From a virus (Duplodnaviria > Caudoviricetes), in IMG/VR virus record IMGVR_UViG_3300014204_000125, positions 32,001 to 96,000 of that record: a DNA stretch of 64,000 nt; one strand, given 5' to 3'. Within the stretch, counting starts at the first letter, position 1, and every line of letters begins with the position of its first letter. The notes beneath the pieces are model-generated. The model was not told where the DNA came from. It was given only the letters and a program-made list of their open reading frames with translations, and searched no databases. Made by a program: the position numbers and the translations under genes. Below, one piece after another: positions 1-9,231 of the stretch.

Positions 1-684
1 CTCATAAGAAAACTTGAGGACCCCCATATTATACGAGTCCCTGACTTGCTTTACGAGAGGGCGAACGAATGGGCGCGCCTCCCAAAAGCGGGTATTGCAT
101 AATACAATTCCGGTGCGGGAGTCGAGGGTTGCATCCAGGATTGTTCCTATATATTTTGTCTGATCATGCTGCCATGTCGAAACCTGACCCACGAGGGATT
201 CACAGAAATAGTCAGCGAGTTCAAAGGGAATGACATCTCCATTCACATTTTTCGCCCCGATCTGCGCCAGGGAATGCCCCACAGTGAATGTGCCAAGAAC
301 AGGGCGAAAGCGATACAGGAGAATATCGGATAACCTCTGGACTTCAGAAGGTTCAAGGGATGCCTGAACCTCGGCACCCTGTTTCCCCATCTCGGGTTCC
401 GGATCGCTTTCCTCATCGAGATCGTCCCAGCATTTCTGAATTTCACACATAACCTTGTCCATGTCTTCGTTCGAAATATCCTGGGATACAAGATTTTTAT
501 CTTTGCAGCCCGCTTTGATCTTATCGCATTGTGCCGAAGTTACTTTGTCCTTGGCGCCACAGCCTGAAGCCACCATATGCGATTTGATTTTGCAATAAGT
601 CGCGTGTGCGGAAGGAAAAAGGAGAGAAGAGATCCCGCCTTTCACGGCTTCGCCTTTCGAGAAATCGAGGTCTTTAATTCGCAT
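1..684 (-). CDS. Putative prohead protease/scaffold, 5' part (runs off the left edge)
   Basis: Not in the ORF track because it has no stop in the window. ATG at 684 overlaps the portal 3' end and the frame is open to position 1 (MRIKDLDFSK...KNVNGDVIP...SLVGQVSTWQHDQTKYIGTI...GVLKFSYE). The NxNGD, H-D-x4-IG and FSxE motifs and the position after portal fit phage prohead proteases. Confidence 0.65.
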   Translation of the reverse strand, partial: MRIKDLDFSKGEAVKGGISSLLFPSAHATYCKIKSHMVASGCGAKDKVTSAQCDKIKAGCKDKNLVSQDISNEDMDKVMCEIQKCWDDLDEESDPEPEMGKQGAEVQASLEPSEVQRLSDILLYRFRPVLGTFTVGHSLAQIGAKNVNGDVIPFELADYFCESLVGQVSTWQHDQTKYIGTILDATLDSRTGIVLCNTRFWEARPFVRPLVKQVRDSYNMGVLKFSYE

Positions 685-2530
685 TTTCTAACTCCTTCCG
701 ATATCTATCCAGTAATGAATAAACTCGGATTGTAAGATTTTCTTTTAAAGTATTTGTTTTGTTCATTATTTCAGTCTGTTCAACTTCACCGGCCACAATT
801 AAATGTTGAACATCGAGACTGAATTTATTGGCTTCCTCGAGCATGGCTTCCCTTAATACAGTTTCCGGAATAATATCATTCTCGACGCTCTGCTTCACGG
901 CTTCAGCGATATGGCACGCCGTGGTCAAGGGGATATAAATCTTGTCTTCCATTCCCACATAATCAAGGCTCAAATCCGCGAAAAGACTGGAGGCATAGAT
1001 TTCAACGATATCTTCGATACTTGCTTTGACTTTATTCTTTTCTTTAGTTTTATTCGCAAGTCTTTTCTGTGCAGTCGATTTAAGAACCGAAGCGGGATCC
1101 GCCTTGGCTGGGCGTCCGTTCTGCTTTGCTCCGCCCGGGCCGGATTGCTCTGCGCCGGCTACCCCCTGAAAGGGAACCGCAGCGGGGCGCCCAAAGCGAT
1201 AATTCTCATCTTCCATTTGTTTCATGTACTCTTCAGTTTCCTGATATTCCTGCATCCCAACGCTGTAATCGTAGATGTCGGCAACGGTTTCGCTCGAGAT
1301 AATTCCGGAATCCCTCTGGGCTTTTATCTTCGCAAAGAATGTTGCGTTATCGTTAAGATCAGAAAGAGACATGTAAACCTGAAGATCATCCACTTCGTCT
1401 CCATTTATCTCCATCATCTTTTCTATGCGCGAACTGTACCAGGCGCAAATGTTTTGACGTATATTCTGAATCAGAGAGCGCAAGTTTGTTAATGCAGTCT
1501 CGGCCGCGCTGGAGCCGCCTTCAAATTTTCCCGAGATAAGGAAGCGAGGGTATCCCAGAGAATCATAGGTATCATCGTCGATCTGGGTATATCTTTCCTG
1601 GTATTTCAGGATCTCGCCATTGGGGCCAGTCCTCAATATTTTTATAGGGCCACCCCAGAATATATTTTTATTAGAGACTCCGTTTGTGCTATCCATGAGT
1701 TGTTTGAATTTAGCCACAGTGGGCTGTTTTGCATTTTGCCCCACCTTATCGTCATAGAAACAAAATACAGTTATATCGTCTTTGATTCCCTGTGAAATAA
1801 CATCATCAAGGTTTCTAACCCTGTCCTTCCTTGCGATATCGGCGAACGCCCGGGCTCCATACGGGATACCCCAGAGCATATAGTCAGTCCCGCCGAGCGC
1901 CATCCTCTGCATGTTTGAAGTCCGGATTGTTACCGTATCGGCTCTCCCCGGATTTAATTGCCCGCTGCCTTCATTGTAGGGCATACTTGTAAACACGATG
2001 TTTTCGAAAAACCCGTTGGCAAGGCTCATATTTATAGCGATCGGATTGAGCATTAAAACATTCATGGGCAGAAACACATCCGGGCCCGCCTTGGGTTCCG
2101 TCTCCCATTTCTCGTAAGGGAAAAAGTTTCCACTCACTATATAATCTTTAATAAGGCGTTGGGTCAGGGTGAACTGACCGCGGATTGTTCTCGGGTTAGC
2201 CCGGTTGACATGTCTTAGCCAGTATTTCGTATATTTATTTACTTTTTTGTTTTTGGTTTTTACAAATACGGTTCCGCACGCGAGACCTATTATAGAATCC
2301 ATAACAGTTCTATAGACTCCGCCAAGGAACCAAAGTTTGTTCGATAAAATAATTGCCTGTTTCGCGATGGTTTCGACAACGGCGCCCTGGGAGATCATGG
2401 AATTGTACTCGGGGATGCTCTGCAAATAAGGGATCGACGGGGTGAACGAAATCGTAGAAGCCTCTGCGAAAACCTCTTCCATCTCGCCACTCGGCGTTAA
2501 TGTTTTGAGTTTTTGCGATAACTTAGACAT
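674..2530 (-). CDS. Portal protein
   Basis: 618 aa downstream of TerL/HNH. Portal-like segments (KDYIVSGNFFPYE, WGIPY, YDSLGYPRFLI, GIISSET) and a C-terminal G-rich GRP linker. Confidence 0.75.
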   Translation of the reverse strand: MSKLSQKLKTLTPSGEMEEVFAEASTISFTPSIPYLQSIPEYNSMISQGAVVETIAKQAIILSNKLWFLGGVYRTVMDSIIGLACGTVFVKTKNKKVNKYTKYWLRHVNRANPRTIRGQFTLTQRLIKDYIVSGNFFPYEKWETEPKAGPDVFLPMNVLMLNPIAINMSLANGFFENIVFTSMPYNEGSGQLNPGRADTVTIRTSNMQRMALGGTDYMLWGIPYGARAFADIARKDRVRNLDDVISQGIKDDITVFCFYDDKVGQNAKQPTVAKFKQLMDSTNGVSNKNIFWGGPIKILRTGPNGEILKYQERYTQIDDDTYDSLGYPRFLISGKFEGGSSAAETALTNLRSLIQNIRQNICAWYSSRIEKMMEINGDEVDDLQVYMSLSDLNDNATFFAKIKAQRDSGIISSETVADIYDYSVGMQEYQETEEYMKQMEDENYRFGRPAAVPFQGVAGAEQSGPGGAKQNGRPAKADPASVLKSTAQKRLANKTKEKNKVKASIEDIVEIYASSLFADLSLDYVGMEDKIYIPLTTACHIAEAVKQSVENDIIPETVLREAMLEEANKFSLDVQHLIVAGEVEQTEIMNKTNTLKENLTIRVYSLLDRYRKELENAN

Positions 2531-3191
2531 TCTTCGTAGCCTCCAATGATTTTATAATTTGTTTTAATCCCGTCTTTGCATTTATCCAATTCGGTTCCAT
2601 CTCTTCCCGGCAATATCGACACAGGGTGATCCCGTTATCCACATCGAGCCGGCGTTCCGGAAAATAAAGAAACTCGTCAATATGATAAATCGTAGTTTTT
2701 ATTTTCCCGGAAATATGAGAATGCCCGCACATTCGGCAGGTAGAATTATCTCTCTTTTGGATTAAGTGTTCCCATTCAACATATCTGGGGTTACTTTTGA
2801 GCACATCTATTTCCATCTCAGATATGGAATATTTCAGAAAAGCATCGCAGTTCCGGGCGAAATCTCGTTTTTTCTTTATAATGGATTCCATTTCGCTCCC
2901 AAAACGAGAGTCAAGAAGATTGATCACATCACTCCGTCTTTTCCTAAAACGGAATTGTAAATGGGTATGATTCGCATCTGTATTCTTGAAAATGGAATAA
3001 AGTTCTTCCGGATCAAATTTATCTTCGCTTTTTTCGAGTTCATAACTTTTCTTCGCATTTGCAATAATTGAATTCACCAAATCCAAATCGATCTGGAATT
3101 TATTTGACAAAATAACAGGGCTATACCCGAACATAAAAAACAAACGCGATATTTGAACTTTAATGTATTTGTAAATAATGGGTTGCCTCAT
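2523..3191 (-). CDS. HNH endonuclease-like protein (degenerate motif)
   Basis: C-terminal KRDNSTCRMCG...IYHI...RRLDVDNGITLCRYC. The likely start is the ATG at 3191, coupled to the TerL stop (TAATG). Confidence 0.7.
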   Translation of the reverse strand: MRQPIIYKYIKVQISRLFFMFGYSPVILSNKFQIDLDLVNSIIANAKKSYELEKSEDKFDPEELYSIFKNTDANHTHLQFRFRKRRSDVINLLDSRFGSEMESIIKKKRDFARNCDAFLKYSISEMEIDVLKSNPRYVEWEHLIQKRDNSTCRMCGHSHISGKIKTTIYHIDEFLYFPERRLDVDNGITLCRYCREEMEPNWINAKTGLKQIIKSLEATKNV

Positions 3192-4966
3192 TAGCCGGTA
3201 CACCCACCAACATCATCTGCATCGTCTTGGATTCCCATCTGCCGGATCATCTGCACCCCGGCGCTTGCATACACCATAGCGGAATATCTATCCTTTTGAC
3301 CCTTGGCTATGAAATATTTAAAATAGTTTCCCGCGCGCTCGAGTTGCACCTTCGTAAGCTGAATCTTCAGCATGTGAATCCCAAGATATTCATCCTTTAT
3401 CTCCTCCATCCGAGCCAGGTATTCCTTGGGGAGATTATCCGTATCAAAGATTTCCGCCTGATTTATATAGGTGCGAGGCATGAGTTGAGTGTGGGACTCC
3501 AGAGAAGACTTCAAGAAATTATTCCAGATGGTATTCTTTTCCGCAGATGGCGCCAGCATCCTAAGGATCGAAACGTAGGGGGAAGTACCATCCATGATTA
3601 AAGGCGCATTCATTATATCGTCGGGATCTATGATCAAAGGGATATCGGGATACCCAAGCATATCGAGGGTTGCCCTGTTCCTTAAATTATCTTTGATCTC
3701 CGAGCCGGCGCCGCCCTGATCGATGCAAATCAGTCTTACCCCCGGGAACTTCCGGAAATATTTACATATCGTAGCCGTCATTTGGAGATGCGACATTCCC
3801 TGTTTTCCGAAACATGACACAACCCGGAATCGATCCTCGTCTACCATATTCACAACAAGACTAAACTCTGCGTTCTTATATGACATCGAGGACTTGGAAG
3901 GGTCTATTCCGAACACACAAGGGCGATCCGAGGATAGCAACGGGATAATCCGGCTATCCATGCCATCCCGGGACTTATACGAATTAAAAACCATCTCGGG
4001 CCCGTACTCGCGCCCCGAGGAAACCATGACTCTATTTTTGTTCTGGGAATTCCAAATATCTTTGTCAGTGAGAGGGTCCGCAAAAGAGTTGAGAATATTA
4101 TTAAGATCCATTTTGAAATAACGCCGTTTCACGTTCGGGTGATCAAAAGTGGAGTCTCCAATATATGTATCCTGAAAATCAAGAATGACAATCCCGTGTT
4201 CCTTACTCCCATTTTTTACATAATCGAGATACTGATTTATCGTATTCCAATACGCTGTGTAATCGTAGGAAAGGGTGCCAGAAAGAAGGATTGAGTTCTT
4301 ATTTTTTATCGGATTGCGAAACGCATAATAATAAAAGTCGCTATCGCTTTCCTTCTTATCCAAATCACTCATTGGATCGTACTGGACATTCATGAAGGGT
4401 TCGATTACGAGGGTCAAAGTCTCCCGGGGAACATCATCCATTTCACCCACATTAACCCTGAACCCACGGAATCCAAGAATATCGCCGGCGATCGAAACGC
4501 CTTTCATCGAACTCTTCGCGATCTTAATCGTGTATTCGTTCGTTTTTTTACTCACGGGTTTCCGGGGTTCTTCTAGTATTTTAGATATATATTGTTTCGG
4601 AGTCTGGCCGGCGATCTCATTCTTGAGAATCGACTCTGCGTAATCGAACGACTGCGCCGTCTGTTTGAACGAGCCCCCCGCTGTGGACATAATCTTATAT
4701 GCTTTATAAAGGATAGCCAGAATCAGATTGTATTCGCCTTCCTGAAAGGTCTTGGAGACACCACGAGACAGGAGCCAAACGCATTTACTTTTGCGAAAAA
4801 ACATGCGCGCGCATATCCGCTGGTGCGGGGCATTCTTTATCCCAAGAATCGCCCTCGCGAACCAGAGCGGGTGGGTCCGGAAGCCGTACACCATTTTCAA
4901 GTACCGCTTCCGGGTCGCCCAATCCGATTTGACATTTTTATTAGAGAATAGACTTAAAAGTCCCAT
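3191..4966 (-). CDS. terL: Terminase large subunit
   Basis: Walker A-like SRGVSKT, coupling motif LSGT, nuclease motifs FGIDPS, IDQGGAG and KDRYSA; lies upstream of portal. Confidence 0.85.
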   Translation of the reverse strand: MGLLSLFSNKNVKSDWATRKRYLKMVYGFRTHPLWFARAILGIKNAPHQRICARMFFRKSKCVWLLSRGVSKTFQEGEYNLILAILYKAYKIMSTAGGSFKQTAQSFDYAESILKNEIAGQTPKQYISKILEEPRKPVSKKTNEYTIKIAKSSMKGVSIAGDILGFRGFRVNVGEMDDVPRETLTLVIEPFMNVQYDPMSDLDKKESDSDFYYYAFRNPIKNKNSILLSGTLSYDYTAYWNTINQYLDYVKNGSKEHGIVILDFQDTYIGDSTFDHPNVKRRYFKMDLNNILNSFADPLTDKDIWNSQNKNRVMVSSGREYGPEMVFNSYKSRDGMDSRIIPLLSSDRPCVFGIDPSKSSMSYKNAEFSLVVNMVDEDRFRVVSCFGKQGMSHLQMTATICKYFRKFPGVRLICIDQGGAGSEIKDNLRNRATLDMLGYPDIPLIIDPDDIMNAPLIMDGTSPYVSILRMLAPSAEKNTIWNNFLKSSLESHTQLMPRTYINQAEIFDTDNLPKEYLARMEEIKDEYLGIHMLKIQLTKVQLERAGNYFKYFIAKGQKDRYSAMVYASAGVQMIRQMGIQDDADDVGGCTG

Positions 4967-6123
4967 TAATAACTGAGTCCTATCATTCTAATGTTTGTTT
5001 CCAGAATTATCTTCGACCCGTCCGTCGGATTCGCGAAGAACTGTCTGATAACGCATTTATTCGTGTCGGGGTCTACGGTGAAATGCAGCGCGCCGCACAT
5101 TGTTGCGAGGCTGTCGCAGAAAAGCTGGGCGGAGATATTGAACTCGATATCGCGAGAGAGTTCGATTATGCCTTGGGTGATCACGCTGTGCGCGGTGTTG
5201 AGATCGCTACCACATGAAAGCCTGAATATCTTATCTTTGGAGAGTTTGCAGTTCACGACAAGATAAGACTTGTTTTGGATAAGGCTTGTGATTTTGCTCA
5301 ACTCATGGGCCAGGGTTTCCGAATCGATTTCGAAAGATACAGCCGTATCGCTTGTCATCATAAGTTTCTCGGAAGCGATCCGGTTCACCGGCATTATTCG
5401 ACTCATTATCTGATAAAGCCCCTCGCCGGCCGAGATCATTACCATCGAATTTGAGGCGCTGACTTCGACCTCGCCGGTGGCTAAAACACCTGCGGAATAC
5501 TCGAGGAATGCGGGCGGGATTGCAACCGTAAATTCAGTCTCGGGCGGCTCTACGAGTTCAAGGGTGGTATGGGAAAGCACTTTGCCGTTCGTGGCTTCGA
5601 ATATGACTTCATTCTCCTTACTGAAAGCGTGGATAGCGCACAGTCTTTTGTCGGCGCATTCCTTGGGACCACATGCGAATTTTACTTTCTCAAATGCGTC
5701 GGCGAGATATGGCGCATGGACAAGGAAATTCCAGATTTCTTCCCCAAAACTGGGGGCGAAGAGGGATGTCAGACCGATACAACTCAGGTCTGTTTCGAAA
5801 GATCCCTGCAAAACCTTGATGCGACCCGAGCCTGGGTCCACATCGAGACTCACTTCGATTTTCTTATCGCAGTTCTCTACGATATCTTTGATAAGAGATC
5901 CCTGAATACCGAGGAGCATCGGGGAAACCTCGCCCTGAAACTGCCCGGGCGTTTGAATCGACGCGAAGGTCATACCATCGTTGGCATGCCATGTCACATA
6001 GTTCTGTCCCGGAATCACTTGCATAACCACGATATTCGGCAGTAATAACTTGTTTGCCTTGGCAAGTTTCACTGTCGCGTCGAGAGCCTTGAAAAGGCGT
6101 TCCCTGTTGATTGAAATGAGCAT
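4966..6123 (-). CDS. DNA polymerase III beta sliding clamp-like protein (divergent, copy 1)
   Basis: 385 aa, the size of DnaN. N-terminal MLISINRERLFKAL, plus KVKFA, EATNGKVL (cf. ATDGHRL), VAIP and IEFNIS match the three-domain clamp pattern. Confidence 0.7.
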   Translation of the reverse strand: MLISINRERLFKALDATVKLAKANKLLLPNIVVMQVIPGQNYVTWHANDGMTFASIQTPGQFQGEVSPMLLGIQGSLIKDIVENCDKKIEVSLDVDPGSGRIKVLQGSFETDLSCIGLTSLFAPSFGEEIWNFLVHAPYLADAFEKVKFACGPKECADKRLCAIHAFSKENEVIFEATNGKVLSHTTLELVEPPETEFTVAIPPAFLEYSAGVLATGEVEVSASNSMVMISAGEGLYQIMSRIMPVNRIASEKLMMTSDTAVSFEIDSETLAHELSKITSLIQNKSYLVVNCKLSKDKIFRLSCGSDLNTAHSVITQGIIELSRDIEFNISAQLFCDSLATMCGALHFTVDPDTNKCVIRQFFANPTDGSKIILETNIRMIGLSY

Positions 6124-6138
6124 TCCTTTCGCCTCCGA

Positions 6139-6663
6139 TTAAAATTTGCAAAGATTCTTTGCGCGTACCCTATTGTATTCACTTTTGAAGATTTGATAGT
6201 ATTCGAAAAAAGGAGATCCCACTGTATTACCAAGCCCTTCGATTATTACGAGACAACACGCCGGCGATATATTCTCAAAAACCTCATCGAGTATTTCGTT
6301 TTTATCAAATGCGTCCGAGAGATCATCCCAGTGCTGAATTGGTGCCGTGTTATCGTCCAAGGGTACGGTATGGACATCCCTCTTTTTATTAAGGATATGA
6401 TAGTAAATATTCCTGGAATTAACTCCGCGGATTATCCGATAAATCTCGGATTTCATCGTCTCAAAAGCAACAACCCCATTCTGACAATCCGCAATAACAA
6501 AACGAAGCGCCTTGCGATACACCGTGTAACGAATGCAGTTCATCAATTCATCCCGGCGCTCATAGTCGAGCCGCATCGCGGTATCCCGGACGGTGTCCTC
6601 GTAGATCCCCAGGATCGTATTTATCTGAGATTTAATCTCATCTATATTTTGACGCTTTTGCAT
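6139..6663 (-). CDS. Degenerate sigma-70/ECF-like protein (inferred)
   Basis: Region-2-like pattern YEDTVRDTAMRL..ERRDELM..YRKALRF..FETM..IYRIIR..NKKRD..VPLDD, then a region-4.1-like LDEVFENISPACCLVI. No clear 4.2 helix-turn-helix. Confidence 0.4.
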   Translation of the reverse strand: MQKRQNIDEIKSQINTILGIYEDTVRDTAMRLDYERRDELMNCIRYTVYRKALRFVIADCQNGVVAFETMKSEIYRIIRGVNSRNIYYHILNKKRDVHTVPLDDNTAPIQHWDDLSDAFDKNEILDEVFENISPACCLVIIEGLGNTVGSPFFEYYQIFKSEYNRVRAKNLCKF

Positions 6664-7607
6664 TTCTCTGTCAACACCGCGATTTCGGGTTCATGGCTTA
6701 AAAAGAAAGGGATTATTTGTTTATCTACAAAATCTTTGCAGGCATCGTGTACCGTCATTCCAAGGTTTTGAATACATGCCGTCGGGATTTCTCCTATATA
6801 ACTCACGAATAACCAAGCCTCAATCTCGCCCCGGTTATATCGCTGAATCAAGATATCGAGTTCTTCCAGAAATTCGAGTCGATCCAAATCAACAAACTGC
6901 GCCATATACTCATAAGTCTCAACAGCCGAAGCGATCGTATCGGTTAAATCGTCACTGCCCTCGGTTCTTTTTATTCGGGAAACCCCGAGGGTGTTCTGGG
7001 CTTTCTGGAGTCGGGTGAAAATAAGATCTCTTTCCTCCCCGATAAAAGTCCGGGGATTTCTTTGTTCGTAAAGGGTGAATCTGGCGAGCGCCATTTCACA
7101 AGATAAGACTTCGGCGAGAATCGGGACATCACTCGAATTATTTAGGTTGAAATCGTCTTTATACGCTTTCTCCCGAGTCCGTTTTGTGACTTCCTCTTCC
7201 TCGGAAAGCGCGTTCATATTGAGAATTCGATCCAAATCCGCGGAAGGGATAGGTTTTAAATCATTCTTTTGCGAATCGATTGATTTACGCTGTTCGTCAG
7301 GGGTCGTAATACTCGCCTTGATTTTACGCGGGCTCTCGTACCCGGTCACATCTTTAAGTCTTAAAAGGAAAGCGGATTCGCTGTGTCCATATGAATCAAA
7401 TATATCAAGGAAAGTTTTCTTTATATCGTTCCAAAGAATTATATCGGGATCCTGGCACATCTGGACATCCCGCATATAGCGTTCGGTTTCTTTAAAGATC
7501 CCGAAGAGATCAAACTTGGGATTCGCAGGGAAATCTTCGTTTAAAAGGAACTCATCGATGTTCCGATACGCTTTTATTTCTTTGCTTGTCTTGGGCGCTC
7601 TAGCCAT
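6642..7607 (-). CDS. Hypothetical protein, terminase small subunit candidate
   Basis: Likely start MARAPK at 7607. The motif YKDDFNLNNSSD..L..E....R..LQKAQNTLGVSRIKR and the position three genes upstream of TerL support this. Confidence 0.4.
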   Translation of the reverse strand: MARAPKTSKEIKAYRNIDEFLLNEDFPANPKFDLFGIFKETERYMRDVQMCQDPDIILWNDIKKTFLDIFDSYGHSESAFLLRLKDVTGYESPRKIKASITTPDEQRKSIDSQKNDLKPIPSADLDRILNMNALSEEEEVTKRTREKAYKDDFNLNNSSDVPILAEVLSCEMALARFTLYEQRNPRTFIGEERDLIFTRLQKAQNTLGVSRIKRTEGSDDLTDTIASAVETYEYMAQFVDLDRLEFLEELDILIQRYNRGEIEAWLFVSYIGEIPTACIQNLGMTVHDACKDFVDKQIIPFFLSHEPEIAVLTEKCKSVKI

Positions 7608-7770
7608 GCAAGACTTCCCCTTTGGTTTCACTCACATCGATCGCGTATTGCTCCATACACGAATTCAGAAGATACTTGATATCGTCTTCTGACAAATTCT
7701 TTAAAACTTTTTCCATTTTCTCGGGCGGAAAATTAAACGTGTTACAATAATTAAGGCCGAACGGTGTCAT
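7600..7770 (-). CDS. Small hypothetical protein (56 aa)
   Basis: RBS GAGAGGTGG, ATG at 7770, MTPFGLNYC...GEVLHG*; the stop overlaps the next start. Confidence 0.6.
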   Translation of the reverse strand: MTPFGLNYCNTFNFPPEKMEKVLKNLSEDDIKYLLNSCMEQYAIDVSETKGEVLHG

Positions 7771-7789
7771 GTTACCACCTCTCGGCCTT

Positions 7790-7818
7790 ATTATACCAGA
7801 TATGTTTCATTTCCGCAA
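7790..7818 (-). promoter_or_regulatory. Sigma70-type promoter for the packaging/head operon
   Basis: TTGCGG (7818-7813), 17 bp, TG-extended TATAAT (7795-7790), immediately after the rfbH stop. Confidence 0.6.
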
Positions 7819-7821
7819 CAT

Positions 7822-9231
7822 CTAATCGAACTGTTTCAGGAATATCTTAAAATGTTTTTCCACATGAACAAAATGTTCTTTCTCATATCCCGGATAAACC
7901 CCAATCCAGAAAGCTCTGTCCATTGCAATATCGCAAACAGGGAAGGAAACATTATTTATTGCCGCGATACCCGGCATCGTCTTCATAAGGGGTTGCCGCA
8001 TTATGTTGCCGGCGAAGATCATTCGGGTCTGAATGTTCTGTGATTCAAGATATCGAACCAAAGAACTTCGAGAAAATTTAGCGTCCGGCTTCAGAGTCAT
8101 TACAAAACCGAACCATGAAGGCTCTCGCAACTTGCCCAAAACCGTAGTGAACTGGGAATCATCAGGCATATCTATATTTTCGTTGAAGCCCTTAATCTGG
8201 GACAGGGTCATTTTCCACCAATCCCAGTTCTCGTTGCGCGTTTCAATAAACCCGGGCAATTTTTCGAGTTGGGTGCATCCCACCGCGGCTTGAAACTCTG
8301 TCGCCTTTAAATTAAACCCAAATGTTGAGTAAATGTATTTATGGTCATAGCCTTCCGGAATACCTTCGAATTGCTGGTCGAACCTGCTACCACAGCAATT
8401 ATCCTTTCCCGTCGGACACATGCAATCCCGGCCCCAATCCCGAAGGCTCCGAAGCACTTTTGCTATGTCGGGATCGTCGGTGCATACCATACCGCCCTCG
8501 AAGGTAAATAAGTGGTGCGCGGGATAGAATGAAAATGTTGCTATATCCGAGAAATGAGATATATTCCATGTAATCCCATCCTTGGCGCCGAGGGCGTCAC
8601 AGCAATCCGCAATCATCCAGAGGTTATTTTTTTTACACCAATCCTGAACCTTCGAGGCTTCGAATGGGGATCCGAGAACATGCGCCGCAATCACCACTTT
8701 GGCGTCGGGATGCCTTTTGAACGCCTCTTCCAAATTCTTGACTGTAATATTATAGTTTTCCTCTTGGGTCACATCGCAAAAAATAGGGATAAGTCCAAAC
8801 TGGACAAGGGGAGAAACTGTGGTAGGGAAACATAGCGCCGGCGTAATTACCTTGTCTCCCGGTTTCAGAACGGGATACTCGGTTTTATCGGGATCATTCG
8901 CCCAATTCATTAAAGCCGCGACAGCGAGAAGATTCGCGGATGAACCCGAGTTCACGAATATGGCGTGCTTTGACCCCACAAATTTAGCGAATGCGGTTTC
9001 AAATCGATTCGATATTTCACCGTCGGTTCCCCAGAAGTCGCATACGGCTTCGAGTAAAGCAAGCCTTTCTTTCTCGTCGAATACGCGGCCGGCATAAGGC
9101 ACCCGGAAAGGGCGTTGTTTCGCGCAGAGTTCGTCGTACTGTTTTCTCGCCTGATAGAATTGAGACATAAAACCTTGCAGTTTCGAATACAACGAACTGC
9201 ACCAGTGTTCGTTTTTCCACGGCATTCCCAT
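7822..9231 (-). CDS. rfbH: CDP-4-keto-6-deoxy-D-glucose 3-dehydrase (E1, RfbH/AscC/DdhC)
   Basis: VPYAGRVFD, VNSGSSANL, DCCDALG, SFYPAHH (His in place of the PLP Lys), Cys cluster RDWGRDCMCPTGKDNCC, GYDHKY, FWIGVYPG. Confidence 0.93.
   Translation of the reverse strand: MGMPWKNEHWCSSLYSKLQGFMSQFYQARKQYDELCAKQRPFRVPYAGRVFDEKERLALLEAVCDFWGTDGEISNRFETAFAKFVGSKHAIFVNSGSSANLLAVAALMNWANDPDKTEYPVLKPGDKVITPALCFPTTVSPLVQFGLIPIFCDVTQEENYNITVKNLEEAFKRHPDAKVVIAAHVLGSPFEASKVQDWCKKNNLWMIADCCDALGAKDGITWNISHFSDIATFSFYPAHHLFTFEGGMVCTDDPDIAKVLRSLRDWGRDCMCPTGKDNCCGSRFDQQFEGIPEGYDHKYIYSTFGFNLKATEFQAAVGCTQLEKLPGFIETRNENWDWWKMTLSQIKGFNENIDMPDDSQFTTVLGKLREPSWFGFVMTLKPDAKFSRSSLVRYLESQNIQTRMIFAGNIMRQPLMKTMPGIAAINNVSFPVCDIAMDRAFWIGVYPGYEKEHFVHVEKHFKIFLKQFD

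Noticed and set aside
243-491. 82-aa minus-strand ORF from the track
   Set aside because: It is an alternative frame inside the longer protease-like ORF 684 to <1.
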